Below, piece by piece: positions 9,389 to 20,199 of a DNA stretch of 64,000 bases. The notes under the pieces are model-generated. The model ran no database searches. It was not told where the DNA came from and saw only the letters and a program-made list of their open reading frames with translations. This DNA is from a virus (lineage: Duplodnaviria > Caudoviricetes). A program made the position numbers and the translations under genes. The stretch is from positions 2,920 through 66,919 of the IMG/VR virus record IMGVR_UViG_3300021399_000158, one strand, 5' to 3'. Each line of letters starts with the position of its first letter. Within the stretch, counting starts at the first letter, position 1.

Positions 9389-9793
9389 ATGATTAAACAG
9401 ACAGTAACTTACATCGATTACGATGGTACTCAGAGAACCGAAGACAAATACTTCCATATGACAAAAAGAGAACTTATTAAGTGGGAGACTGAATCCGGTT
9501 CTGGAGGAATGGATAAGTTCATTGAGAAAATTATTGAAACAGAAGACAGAAAAACCCTCATTGAAATGTTCGATGATTTGATTCTTAGAGCATATGGAGA
9601 GAAATCGATTGACGGGCGGTCTTTTGTTAAAACACCGGAACTCAGAAAAGAGTTTGAAGATAGCGCTTGCTATGATCAGCTGTTTATGGATCTGATTCAG
9701 GATACAGACAAACTTACTACATTTGTAAACGGTTTGATTCCGGAAGGACTTCCGAAACCGACAGAGCAGCCGACTCTTTTAGCTGCAAAGTAA
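9389..9793 (+). CDS. Tail assembly chaperone
   Basis: GAAAGGAG RBS, ATG 9389; lies between tail tube and tape measure genes. Confidence 0.65.
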   Translation: MIKQTVTYIDYDGTQRTEDKYFHMTKRELIKWETESGSGGMDKFIEKIIETEDRKTLIEMFDDLILRAYGEKSIDGRSFVKTPELRKEFEDSACYDQLFMDLIQDTDKLTTFVNGLIPEGLPKPTEQPTLLAAK

Positions 9794-9794
9794 G

Positions 9795-10358
9795 ATGCTT
9801 GATCTTGTAATAACATCAAAAGAGTTCTACGACGAAGAAACTAATAGGTTTTTCGTTCCGGATTGCATTAAAAAAGATGTTCATCTTAGACTTGAGCATT
9901 CGTTGGTCTCAATTTCAAAATGGGAGTCAAATTGGAAAAAACCGTTCCTTACAAGAGAGCAGAAGACATACGAAGAGATAATAGACTACATCAAGTGTAT
10001 GACGTTGACACAAAACGTCAATCCTGATGTCTATTTATATTTGTCTCAAGAGAATGTTAAAGCTGTAAATGATTACATAGAAGATCCTATGTCGGCTACG
10101 ACGTTTAACGAACGTTACCAAAAGCATAGAACGACTAACGAGCAGACAACTTCGGAACTTATCTACTATTGGATGATTGCTTTAGAGGTTCCGATGGAGT
10201 GCCAAAAGTGGCACCTTAATCGGCTTCTGAATCTTATCCGTATTTGTAACATAAAGAATGATACTTCTTCGAACAGAAAGATGAGTCAAAGAGAAATCTT
10301 GGCTAGAAACAAAGAACTCAATGCTGCTCGAAGAGCTAAATACAAGACAAACGGTTAG
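9795..10358 (+). CDS. Second tail assembly chaperone-like protein
   Basis: LEHSLVSISKWESNW...TSELIYYWMI...WHLNRLL; position in tail operon. Confidence 0.55.
   Translation: MLDLVITSKEFYDEETNRFFVPDCIKKDVHLRLEHSLVSISKWESNWKKPFLTREQKTYEEIIDYIKCMTLTQNVNPDVYLYLSQENVKAVNDYIEDPMSATTFNERYQKHRTTNEQTTSELIYYWMIALEVPMECQKWHLNRLLNLIRICNIKNDTSSNRKMSQREILARNKELNAARRAKYKTNG
9914..9926 (+). promoter_or_regulatory. TTCAAAATGGGAG motif copy 5 (intragenic)
   Basis: Exact 13-mer inside the 9795..10358 CDS. Confidence 0.5.
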
Positions 10359-10364
10359 TCGAAA

Positions 10365-10739
10365 ATGATAACTCTTACGGCAAAAGGAAATTTTAATAAC
10401 ACTGAGCGTTTTTTTAACAAAGCTCAGAATTTAACATTAGGCAGCATTCTAAGTAAATACGGTCAAATGGGTGTTGACGCATTGTCAGCAGCGACGCCTA
10501 AAGAAACGGGATTAACTGCTGCTTCTTGGTCATATGAGATAGAAGCAAGCGGCAACTCCGCGGCTATTTATTGGACCAATTCTAACATAAATAAAGATGT
10601 GAACATTGCAGTGATACTGCAATACGGGCATGGTACCGGCACTGGAGGGTACGTGCAAGGTCGAGACTATATTAATCCGGCTATTAGACCAGTATTTGAT
10701 GAACTTGCTAATAAAGTTTGGGAGGAGGTGACGTCGTAA
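10365..10739 (+). CDS. HK97 gp10-like neck/tail component
   Basis: ATPKETGLTAASW, ILQYGHGT, GRDYINPAIRP motifs. Confidence 0.7.
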   Translation: MITLTAKGNFNNTERFFNKAQNLTLGSILSKYGQMGVDALSAATPKETGLTAASWSYEIEASGNSAAIYWTNSNINKDVNIAVILQYGHGTGTGGYVQGRDYINPAIRPVFDELANKVWEEVTS

Positions 10740-13700
10740 TGCCAGGCAACATCGACCAGCGAATTGTTGAAATGCGATTCGACAACTCACAGTTTGAAAG
10801 TGGTGTCAAGCAGAGCGTCGGAACACTTAATAATTTAAAACAAAGTTTAGATTTCTCGGGCTTTAATAGCAAGGGATTCAAAATTGCAAAAGCTCTTGAT
10901 ATCACAGGAAGCTTGGCTGGAATCGAAAAGACAGCCACAGCAATGGACAAGTTCAAAGCAAGAGCAGCGCAAGCAGCCCAGTTTGCTGGCAAAGCGATGC
11001 TAACCTTTGGCAAAGTATCAGTTGGTGCTGTAACAGGGATCACCACCGCTTTAGGCGGCATGGCTTTAAAAGGCGGTATCACAAGAGCTATGAACTTAAA
11101 GCAGGCGAACTTCATGCTGAAGAACTTGCTTGCGAAAGAAAAAGATGCTGGCAAGGCTACCCAAGCCATTATGGATAATGTTAGTAAATCCGTAGATGGC
11201 ACAGCATATTCCTTGGACCAGGCGGCTATGGTTGCTGCACAGTTTGCGGCTACTGGTATGCGTGGCGGCAAAGATATGCAAAATGCCTTGAATGGTTTGG
11301 CTGGAGCGGCTGCAACATTTAACGCCGATTACAGCAGAATGGGCTTGATTTTCACCCAAATCGCGGCTACAGGTCACGTATATTCTAATGACTTGCTGCA
11401 GCTTTCTACCATGGGTATGAATGCAAGAGCAACTCTTGTTGACTTCTATAAGACGGTTCGTGGCGAAAGTGACATGACCGTTAAGAAGCTTGACGACATG
11501 GTAAGAAAGGGCGAAGTCGATTTTAACACTTTTGCTCAGGCAATGGGCTGGGCTTTCGGAGATTCAGCAACGAAAGCTAACGACACGTTTCAGGGTGCTT
11601 TATCAAACGTTAAATCGGCTTTATCTAGAATCGGCGAGCATGTTGCCGATCCTGCGATTGACGGTTTAAGAGACTTCTTTAATACTGTAAGACCGATTAT
11701 TAATGAAATTAACCACTTGGCAACGCCTTCGTTGGATAAATTCGGAGGAACAATTAAAAAAGTAAGTGCTTATTTTTCTGAATTAGGTCTGGCTGGGAAG
11801 GCGTCATGGACTGACGTAATGTCATTTGACAAGTGGAACAAATCTAATAGTTTTACTATTATTAGAGATTACTTAAAATCTGTAGCATCTGGTTCCATAA
11901 TGGCCAGTGAAAGTATTACTGAGTTTGCTAAAAATGTAGACAAGAAAGGAAAAATCACAGAACAGAGAGTCGAGCATCTTGTTAAAAAGGGCAAAATAAG
12001 TTTTGAAATATGGAAAAACGCTTTAGATAAAGCCCTTGGTGAAGACGATAAGCACGACCAGTCTACGTTGGCTATAGCTCTTAGAGGAGTTGTCAACGTT
12101 TTGGCGGAACTTTCTAAAATCACCTCTTCTGTAGGAGATTCATTTAGGGATGTTTTTGATATTATTCCGACTGATGTCATTAGACAAGCAGTTGTTGAAT
12201 TTTATAACATGACTAAGGAATTTCATATTTCAGATGAGGTTCTTGGTAACGTCAAATCTGCATTTACTGGCGTTTTGACAATTGTTAGGGATTTTTTCCT
12301 TTTATTAAAAACGGCGGGAAAAGTTCTTTCTCCGTTTATTTCTGGCTTTTTGACGTTAGCTAGTGTCGCTTTGACGATCGCCGCTAGAATGGCTGATGTT
12401 GTCGTAGCTATTAGTGACTTTATATCTAACAGCACGTTATTCAAAGCGGCCGTTAAGGGACTGACAACTTTGTTCCAAATCTTCATGACTATATTCGCAG
12501 GTTTTGGCGGTATAGTTGAGGATGTAATTAACTCATTAGGCGGTGGGGCACTGTCTAAGCGGATGTCTCAGCTTTCTGCTGTTACCAACTTAGTCGCCGG
12601 AGGGTTTAAAAATCTTAAAGGGACTCTAATTGATAATTTTCCGATGTTTAAAGGGGTTATCAATAAGATGACAGCTGGCTTTCAGAGTTTTGGAGAAGGC
12701 ATTAAAGAAGCGTTTAAAGGCGTCGATATTGGCAGCTTTAAAGAGCTTTTCAGCTATGCCGGAATAATGGCTGTTATTAAAGGCGTCACAGGTTTGTTTA
12801 AGCAAGCTGCAAGCAGTTTCAGTGGCATCACAGGAGTGTTTGATAACGTCGCGAAGACTTTACAAACTCTTGAAAATGTGTTGTCAACGTATCAGAAGAA
12901 CCTTGATGCCGCCGCGTTGTTAACTATAGCAAAAGCTGTTGCTATATTAGCAGGATCTATTATTGCATTGTCTTTAGTTGATCCTAAGAGGCTTGTTCCA
13001 GCGTTGATTGCTATTGAAATCTTGCTTCATTCTCTTGATAAAATGATGACAAGCCTTACTCAAATGACAGAGAAGGCTGATTTTAGAGGAATTGCTAAAC
13101 TTTATGTTCTCGGCGGAGCTTTGAAAGATATAGCTATCGCAGTTGCTATATTAGCCGGATCTGTTATTGCTTTATCAAGACTCAGCTTGCAAGAATTGGC
13201 TACTGGCTTATTTGGTATGGCCACAGCATGCCTTATTCTTATAAAAGTTACTGAGAACCTTACCTCTATGAAAGGGGAAATCGTAAAAGGCGCGACGGGT
13301 CTTATATTCTTTGCGACTGCTATACGAATCTTAGCTAGCGCTGTTACTGCGCTTTCGTCATTGAGCCCTGAAGAGCTATTCAATGGCCTTGGCTCGGTTC
13401 TTATATTGTTGGCTTCTATTGCTATGGTTGTTAACAATATGGATAAAAAGGGAGCGGCCGCTATTGCTAAGGCTGGCATTTCATTTATGGCTTTAGCTGG
13501 TTCTATATTTATCATGGCGCAAGCTTGTAAGGCCCTTGGATCAATGGATCCATATGAACTTGCGTTGGGGCTTTCCGCTGTGCTTGTTATGCTTGTTGCA
13601 TTAAGTGAGTTTTCAGTCAAAGCCCAATCCGGTTTGAAAACTACAACCGCTGTTGCTCAATTGCTGCTTCTTGCTGGCGCTATGTTTGTCATGGTGCAAG

Positions 13701-15772
13701 CTGTAAAAATGCTTGGCAAGTTGTCGCTTGAAAAGATTGGGCACGGCATTCTTGCTTTGGCGGGCAGCCTTGGTGTCCTTATTGCCGCTTTAGGTGTTAT
13801 GAGCACTATGCCAAACACAACCAAATCATCGATGGCTATATCTTCGTTGTGTGTTTCTTTACTCGGTTTAGCGGCCGTTATGAAAATTATAGGAAGCATG
13901 GACGTTGAGGAACTCAAATCAGCTTTGCTTGGTTTGGCTGTTGGTCTAGGCACAATGGTAATGGCTTTAGGAGCTTTAAGTACAGGCGGTATTGGCGTAG
14001 AGCTCGCTGCTGGGGCATTGTTAGTTCTTAGCGTTGCGCTTTTAGCTTTAGCACCAGCGTTAAAGACATTGAGCACAATTCCCATTCCGGGCGTTGCTGC
14101 TGCATTACTCGCAGTGGCTGGCGCCATTGGCATATTTGCGGCTGCCGCGTTTGTTCTTGGGCCGGTTATGGTTCCTATGGCTGCTTTAGCAGGAATTATA
14201 ACCTTATTAGGCATCGCTTGTATGGCTGCTGGCACTGGTATTATGCTATTTGCTGCTGGTATAGCTGCTTTGGCGCTGACATCAGCAAAATCAATTAAGA
14301 ATATTGCTAAGGTTATTGAAGAGCTTTCCACTGTAATACCTGCTATATTCCAGGCAATTGGCCAGGGCTTTCTTGCATTGTTTGAAGTTCTTGCCACAAA
14401 TGCGGCTAAATTTGCTGAAATTGGTGTTGTTCTTATTTTAGCGCTATTGAACACTATTAAGGATCATATTCAGGAATTCGTAACTGTTGGGCTTTTAATC
14501 ATAGCCAACTTTATGTATGGACTTGCTGAGGGCCTTCCGACATTGGTCGATGCTGGTATCCAATTAACAGTTGCATTTTTCAATTCATTAGCTGAAGGAA
14601 TAAGAGCAAACCAAGGCATAATTCTTGAAGCCATCGGCAATTTGGTTTCCGCCATCCTTGAATTTGTTATATCTGCGTTCCAAGCTGTTCTTGGAGAAAT
14701 TCCGGGTGTTGGCGAAAAGATCAGTTCCGGTCTTGAAAGCGCAAAGAAAGCGATTCACGAAAAACTTGCTCCAAAAGAGGGCGAGAAATCCGGTAAGGAA
14801 TATGCTAAAGGCATCTCGCAGGGTGTTGGCAAGAACACAGACAAGTCTAAGAAGGCTGGCGAAAAGCATGCTAAGGCTGCTGGAGAAGGTGCCAGCAAAA
14901 CTGCGCCTGTTAAGAAAGCTGGCGAGAAAGCTGGTTCTGCTTACGAGAAGGCTCTCGCTAAAGCCGCCGAAAAGTCTGGCGATGTTGGTAAGAAGCTCCC
15001 TGAGAAACTCGCGTCCGCAGCAGACAAAACAGATAAGATTAAGAAGTCTGGTGAAAAGGGCGGCGGAGATTATGCGAAGGGCGTTGATAAAAAGCAAGGA
15101 GAAGCTAGCAAAGCTGGTAAGAACCTTGCTAATAAAAACAAGGACGGCATGAGCAATGTCAAAGGTTTTGATGGCCTTGGAAACAATGCTGCCTCTGGCT
15201 TTGTAAGGGGCGCAAATTCGCATGGATCAGAAGCTTGGAACGCTGGTTGGCGATTGGCTAGTTCATATTACGATGCTATTAAGGCCAAGCTTCAGGAGCA
15301 TTCGCCATCAAAGGCTACTTACAAGCTTGCTAAGTTTGCAGTTCTTGGTTTTGTTAAACCGGCTAAGGATTACGCAGGCATGGTAAAACGGTCTGGTGAA
15401 GCAATCGCTAATTCTCTCATGACCGGAATGAGATCCGCAAGTGCAGCAGAGTATATTGACGCTATTCCTAATCAGCCGGTTATTAGACCGGTAGTTGATT
15501 TATCCGGAGTTCATTCAGCGGCTAAGGATGTCGATTCACTGTTTATTGGATCTCGCCAAATCAAAGCTACAGCTAGAATTGGCGGTAAAATCAACAGAGG
15601 GTCTTCCGTGGTCGGAATGGACAATCTTATTTCTAAAGTTGACAAACTTGGCACAAGACAGGTTATGCCATCAACGAACACATTTAACATCAGAGTCGAT
15701 GGTTCTGAAAATCCGGAAGCATTTGCTCATAGATTAGTTAGACAATTAGAAATTGAAATGAGGACTATTTAA
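10739..15772 (+). CDS. Tape measure protein
   Basis: About 1677 aa, Ala/Leu/Gly-rich amphipathic repeats, tape-measure-like N-terminus (KSVDGTAYSLDQAAM...); GGAGG RBS before ATG 10739. Confidence 0.93.
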   Translation: MPGNIDQRIVEMRFDNSQFESGVKQSVGTLNNLKQSLDFSGFNSKGFKIAKALDITGSLAGIEKTATAMDKFKARAAQAAQFAGKAMLTFGKVSVGAVTGITTALGGMALKGGITRAMNLKQANFMLKNLLAKEKDAGKATQAIMDNVSKSVDGTAYSLDQAAMVAAQFAATGMRGGKDMQNALNGLAGAAATFNADYSRMGLIFTQIAATGHVYSNDLLQLSTMGMNARATLVDFYKTVRGESDMTVKKLDDMVRKGEVDFNTFAQAMGWAFGDSATKANDTFQGALSNVKSALSRIGEHVADPAIDGLRDFFNTVRPIINEINHLATPSLDKFGGTIKKVSAYFSELGLAGKASWTDVMSFDKWNKSNSFTIIRDYLKSVASGSIMASESITEFAKNVDKKGKITEQRVEHLVKKGKISFEIWKNALDKALGEDDKHDQSTLAIALRGVVNVLAELSKITSSVGDSFRDVFDIIPTDVIRQAVVEFYNMTKEFHISDEVLGNVKSAFTGVLTIVRDFFLLLKTAGKVLSPFISGFLTLASVALTIAARMADVVVAISDFISNSTLFKAAVKGLTTLFQIFMTIFAGFGGIVEDVINSLGGGALSKRMSQLSAVTNLVAGGFKNLKGTLIDNFPMFKGVINKMTAGFQSFGEGIKEAFKGVDIGSFKELFSYAGIMAVIKGVTGLFKQAASSFSGITGVFDNVAKTLQTLENVLSTYQKNLDAAALLTIAKAVAILAGSIIALSLVDPKRLVPALIAIEILLHSLDKMMTSLTQMTEKADFRGIAKLYVLGGALKDIAIAVAILAGSVIALSRLSLQELATGLFGMATACLILIKVTENLTSMKGEIVKGATGLIFFATAIRILASAVTALSSLSPEELFNGLGSVLILLASIAMVVNNMDKKGAAAIAKAGISFMALAGSIFIMAQACKALGSMDPYELALGLSAVLVMLVALSEFSVKAQSGLKTTTAVAQLLLLAGAMFVMVQAVKMLGKLSLEKIGHGILALAGSLGVLIAALGVMSTMPNTTKSSMAISSLCVSLLGLAAVMKIIGSMDVEELKSALLGLAVGLGTMVMALGALSTGGIGVELAAGALLVLSVALLALAPALKTLSTIPIPGVAAALLAVAGAIGIFAAAAFVLGPVMVPMAALAGIITLLGIACMAAGTGIMLFAAGIAALALTSAKSIKNIAKVIEELSTVIPAIFQAIGQGFLALFEVLATNAAKFAEIGVVLILALLNTIKDHIQEFVTVGLLIIANFMYGLAEGLPTLVDAGIQLTVAFFNSLAEGIRANQGIILEAIGNLVSAILEFVISAFQAVLGEIPGVGEKISSGLESAKKAIHEKLAPKEGEKSGKEYAKGISQGVGKNTDKSKKAGEKHAKAAGEGASKTAPVKKAGEKAGSAYEKALAKAAEKSGDVGKKLPEKLASAADKTDKIKKSGEKGGGDYAKGVDKKQGEASKAGKNLANKNKDGMSNVKGFDGLGNNAASGFVRGANSHGSEAWNAGWRLASSYYDAIKAKLQEHSPSKATYKLAKFAVLGFVKPAKDYAGMVKRSGEAIANSLMTGMRSASAAEYIDAIPNQPVIRPVVDLSGVHSAAKDVDSLFIGSRQIKATARIGGKINRGSSVVGMDNLISKVDKLGTRQVMPSTNTFNIRVDGSENPEAFAHRLVRQLEIEMRTI

Positions 15773-18700
15773 TGGCTAAAAGTAGTAAACCGCGTGGCCT
15801 GAAAATGGTCAGAAATCATTCGACAATTACCTGCGAATGGAAAATTCCAAACAAAGGTTACGGTGATGGCCAACAGTTTAAGAAAGGCATAAAAACCGCT
15901 ACCGGAGATGAAAAAACAAAAACTAATTGGACAGCTGTTAAGATCGGAGACAAAAAAGAATCCGAAAAGATTAAGCTGGATGGTAGTTTAAGTAAGTATT
16001 ACCCCTTTACCAATACAAAACTCAAAGCAGTTTTATTTAAGGTAAGGGGTAATACTAAAAAGTATAAAAAGAAGAAAAAGAAAATCAATCCTGGCTGGTC
16101 TATTTGGGTTACGAAGCCGCATAATATTTGCGCTCCAAAAAAGCCTAAAGTAGAAAACGGGATTGCACAGGCGTTCTCGGCTACTTATGTGATTGATATT
16201 TCCGAAAACTTTACAGATTCATGGAGCAAAGCCGGAAACGTTAAAAAAGATAGATACTTAGATCCGTGGACAACGCATATCGAGTACGAAACAGTACTCA
16301 GAATCGATAAGAATGATAGAAGCATAGATGATATTCCTGACGAAATCTGGGCTCAGAATCGTACGAGAAAAGAAATCTATAATCCTATCACCAAGGATAA
16401 TAAAACGGAGTTTACTGAACCCATTGAAGAAACTCCAGACGAGATCAATCAGATTAATGCTGCCATAAACGAAGGTAAAACCGCTGTAAGGTGGTTTAGA
16501 GCGAGAGCCCTTGGACCTGGCGGGCCTTCACCATGGGGGAAACCTAAGATTCCTATCTCATACAACCCGGCGAAGCCTGTCATGGCTTCTGATACAACAG
16601 CTGTTATTACAGATTTGGAAAGCGGTGGGTACCATGTATCTGTTGATTGGACATACCAGCACAGCATTAACAATCCGGTAGATTATATTAAGATTCAATA
16701 CGCTTTTTCGACTCCTACCGGCACTAAGAAAGCTCCTTCAGCAGACGCCAATTGGCAAGAAGCTCAAATTGGAGGGGATAACACCATCACTCCTAAGTCC
16801 ACAAACGAAGCTGGTAGCATCGTCACTAGTGAGCTTAAAGGCATTGGCTTTGATATTTCGGGGCATGCTGCGGATAACCAATTTGTTTATGTTCGTGTCA
16901 ATACATACCATAACAACAGAGAAAGTCAGGGTGTGGCTGTTATTTGCACTGACGTTGACGGTAATTTACCTTCTTCGGATGGCGTATTGGCTATGCCTTC
17001 TAGTTTGAATGTAGCCCCAGGCTCGTCAAATAGAGTCACCGTTAGCGTAACAAACAACGCAGAAGGTGACGAAGTATATTTGGCTATTGTATGGCTTGAC
17101 GTTGAAGGCGCATCCAAGACAGAGGTTATTGGTATAATCGAGTGCGAAGGCACAGGACAATACGAGGAGACTGTTGAGATTCCTCCTAATTACAAAGCCG
17201 ACTATGCTATAGGTGTGTTTGCATTTATTGGTGAAGTCGGAGACCCAGTTCGTGTAGGCACTGAAGATTCAGGCTACGATCATTATAACATCACAACGGT
17301 TCTTCGCTCTAAGACTCTTCAAAGAGGCGGAGCAGTCCCAACAGCGCCAGGCACTGTAACAGCAGAGCACCTCGGCGACGGCAACGTAAGAGTTAAGTGG
17401 GACTGGGATTGGAAGGATGCTAACAAAGCTATAATTGGCTGGTCCGATTACCAATACGCTCCCGAATCCACAACACAACCTAATACATACACCGTTACCA
17501 ATGTTAATACTGCGAGTATTATTATTCCAGGATTAGCCATGGGCAAGACATGGTATTTCTGGGTTAAGCTTGTTAAAGATTCAACTGAGAGTTTGTGGTC
17601 TTCGTACGCCTATGTGACATTGAATTCAGCGCCAAACGTTGCGTATGTTGACTGCAGCGATGATTATATTACTCTTGAAGACGAGTTTACTTTGACATGG
17701 GTATACGTAACGACAGACACAACTCCTCAAAAGGGAGCAAAGATTGCTGTTGGGTCATATTCTGATGGCACGTTTGTGCCGGAGAACATCATCGAGACGA
17801 TTCCTAATGATGACCAGCCAGGAACCGACCAGTACCATACATTTGACCCTGGTCCGGACGGCCTAAATTGGGAAGAAGGAAAAGAGTATTATATTTCCGT
17901 AATGGTTGAGTCTGAATCTGGCAGATCATCAGACGCATGGGCAGAACCTTATAAGATAACCACTCTTGTTCCTATCGAGTGCAATGTGACGTCAACATCT
18001 TTATCCCCTGCACCACAAGTCGATCCGGAGGATGACGATGCGCCGTTGCCATATCCTACACTTACGCAGCTTCCGCTCCAGGTGACAATTGAAGGAGTAT
18101 TAGAAGGCCAGTTCGCGACTTTAATAGTTGAAAGAGCCAATGATTTCTTCCAATTGCGCCCTGACGATAGCGAGTACGGAGGATATGCTGGCGAGACAAT
18201 CATCCAGAAGACGATGGAAGGCTCGGGAACGTTTGAGGTGACACTCGAAGACGATGGACTGATAGGCCAGCTTGACGATAATGCGCATTACAATATTATT
18301 GTTCAAGCGACTGATTCATATGGCCAGGTAAAGAGAACAGACCCGATTGAGTTTATAGTTGCATGGGATCATCAGGCTTTAATGCCTGTAGGCTCTGTAG
18401 AGATCGACCAGGAACATTTGGCTGCTAAGATCCATATCGGAATACCCGAAGGTTACGACGCAACAGAATGCGCTGGCGACGTCTGTGATATTTACAGACA
18501 TTCCATTGATGGCATTGAATTGATATATTCTGGTGCTGCGTTTGGCGAGACATATGTTGACCCGTATCCGACTTTAGGAGATAACGGTGGGCATAGAATC
18601 GTTTACCGCACAAGGAATGGAGATTATATTTGCGGATTGGAAACTAATTACGCATGGATTGACTTCTTTGTCGACGAGGGCGATTTCGTGAACACGCTTT

Positions 18701-19131
18701 CTAATGTCATCGATTTCGATGGCGAGAGAGCAGAGTTTATGCTGAATACCGATATCGATACGTCATGGAACAAGAACTTCCAGGAAACAAAGTATCTCGG
18801 CGGTTCTATTCAGGGCGACTGGCAGAGCGGTGTCGATAGAACTATATCTATCAACACAAACGCTCTTAGCAACGATGTCGATACTGTTGAGATGATGCAT
18901 AATCTTGCTATGTACGAAGGCGTATGCCATATTCGTACAAAAGACGGAGCCAATTATACAGGCAATGTGAACGTCAGTGAGAGTGCTCCTCATCAACCGT
19001 ATTACGATAGAGAAGGAAACTTTACAAAGCTTCTGTCATATTCATTCAACATTACAAGAATTGATAATAATTCAGAGGATCTTGATGGCATGACACTCGC
19101 AGCTTGGGAAGCAACATTAGATGATGAATAA
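15772..19131 (+). CDS. Large minor tail/baseplate protein with Fn3/Ig-like segments
   Basis: 1119 aa after TMP; VPTAPGTVTAE...VRVKWDW...WYFWVKLV Fn3-like pattern. Confidence 0.7.
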   Translation: MAKSSKPRGLKMVRNHSTITCEWKIPNKGYGDGQQFKKGIKTATGDEKTKTNWTAVKIGDKKESEKIKLDGSLSKYYPFTNTKLKAVLFKVRGNTKKYKKKKKKINPGWSIWVTKPHNICAPKKPKVENGIAQAFSATYVIDISENFTDSWSKAGNVKKDRYLDPWTTHIEYETVLRIDKNDRSIDDIPDEIWAQNRTRKEIYNPITKDNKTEFTEPIEETPDEINQINAAINEGKTAVRWFRARALGPGGPSPWGKPKIPISYNPAKPVMASDTTAVITDLESGGYHVSVDWTYQHSINNPVDYIKIQYAFSTPTGTKKAPSADANWQEAQIGGDNTITPKSTNEAGSIVTSELKGIGFDISGHAADNQFVYVRVNTYHNNRESQGVAVICTDVDGNLPSSDGVLAMPSSLNVAPGSSNRVTVSVTNNAEGDEVYLAIVWLDVEGASKTEVIGIIECEGTGQYEETVEIPPNYKADYAIGVFAFIGEVGDPVRVGTEDSGYDHYNITTVLRSKTLQRGGAVPTAPGTVTAEHLGDGNVRVKWDWDWKDANKAIIGWSDYQYAPESTTQPNTYTVTNVNTASIIIPGLAMGKTWYFWVKLVKDSTESLWSSYAYVTLNSAPNVAYVDCSDDYITLEDEFTLTWVYVTTDTTPQKGAKIAVGSYSDGTFVPENIIETIPNDDQPGTDQYHTFDPGPDGLNWEEGKEYYISVMVESESGRSSDAWAEPYKITTLVPIECNVTSTSLSPAPQVDPEDDDAPLPYPTLTQLPLQVTIEGVLEGQFATLIVERANDFFQLRPDDSEYGGYAGETIIQKTMEGSGTFEVTLEDDGLIGQLDDNAHYNIIVQATDSYGQVKRTDPIEFIVAWDHQALMPVGSVEIDQEHLAAKIHIGIPEGYDATECAGDVCDIYRHSIDGIELIYSGAAFGETYVDPYPTLGDNGGHRIVYRTRNGDYICGLETNYAWIDFFVDEGDFVNTLSNVIDFDGERAEFMLNTDIDTSWNKNFQETKYLGGSIQGDWQSGVDRTISINTNALSNDVDTVEMMHNLAMYEGVCHIRTKDGANYTGNVNVSESAPHQPYYDREGNFTKLLSYSFNITRIDNNSEDLDGMTLAAWEATLDDE

Positions 19132-19143
19132 TTTGGAGGAGCT

Positions 19144-20187
19144 ATGGATTGGTCTAAAGGTTTCACGTCCAGGTACTACGCTACGATAGTAGACCCTCGT
19201 ACTTGGCGTGATATTTTGTCTTTTGACATAACAGGGGGCTCTATCAAATTGACAGAATCTGGGCTCCGTGAGTCTGCTGATTTAGATTGCTCGACTTTGT
19301 CGATAAGATCTGGCGGAGTCGAGTATGAACAAAGTTTTAATTCTAATGAGTACTGGGTAAGGGTATATCTGGATGCCAGACAAGAGTCAGACAACCAGCT
19401 TATACCCTTATTTACAGGTCTGGCAAGTTCTCCTAACAGGAATTTCTCCGGGCCTAAGGAAACAAACAAATTGACATGCTACTCCGTTCTTAAACCGGCT
19501 GAGGATATTTTGTTGCCACTTGGTGACTACGTCCGAGCCGGTACGAACGGAGCTAAAGCTGTCAGGGATCTGCTTAAGGACGTCGTGCCTGCACCTATAT
19601 CCATCGAAGGACAATCTCCTGCTTTATCCTCCAACCTGGTCGCTGAAAGTGGGGAGACTAAGTTGTCGATGGCTGATTATATTTTGGGGGTTATCGGCTG
19701 GCGTTTAAGGATAGAAGGGGACGGTTCAATTGTTATTTGCGAAGAGGCCGACTCACCGTCGGCTGTGTTTAATTCAATAACAAATGACGTCTTAGGGTTG
19801 GAAGTTGATATTGAGAACAACTGGTATGAATGCCCGAATGTATTCAGAGTTACAAATGAGAATATGATGGCTATTGCCAGGGACGAAAACCCGGAAAGCC
19901 CGTTCTCTATACAGAATAGAGGCCGAGAGATTTGGATGGAAGAAAGCTCTGCGGATTTGAATGATGGGGAAACCCTTGGCCAGTACGCTAAACGTCGTCT
20001 AGAAGAAGCCCAAAAAGTTATGCGAAAATTGAGTTACGAGCGGCGTTTCGATCCAAGCGTACGTGTTGGGGACATGGTATGGATAACATATCCTTCACAG
20101 GGAATCGATGGAGCGTTTATAAGCCAGTCCCAAAGTATCAACTTGGCATATGGAGCAGCGGTCAGTGAGGAAGCCGTAATGGCTTAA
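19144..20187 (+). CDS. Minor tail protein (baseplate hub-like)
   Basis: 347 aa in tail operon; CPNVFRV, RGREIW, YERRFDPSVRVGD. Confidence 0.6.
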   Translation: MDWSKGFTSRYYATIVDPRTWRDILSFDITGGSIKLTESGLRESADLDCSTLSIRSGGVEYEQSFNSNEYWVRVYLDARQESDNQLIPLFTGLASSPNRNFSGPKETNKLTCYSVLKPAEDILLPLGDYVRAGTNGAKAVRDLLKDVVPAPISIEGQSPALSSNLVAESGETKLSMADYILGVIGWRLRIEGDGSIVICEEADSPSAVFNSITNDVLGLEVDIENNWYECPNVFRVTNENMMAIARDENPESPFSIQNRGREIWMEESSADLNDGETLGQYAKRRLEEAQKVMRKLSYERRFDPSVRVGDMVWITYPSQGIDGAFISQSQSINLAYGAAVSEEAVMA

Positions 20188-20199
20188 GGAGGTTATATT

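Noticed and set aside
9760-9800. Programmed -1 frameshift joining the two tail chaperones
   Set aside because: No canonical XXXYYYZ slippery heptamer seen before the 9793 stop; cannot support it
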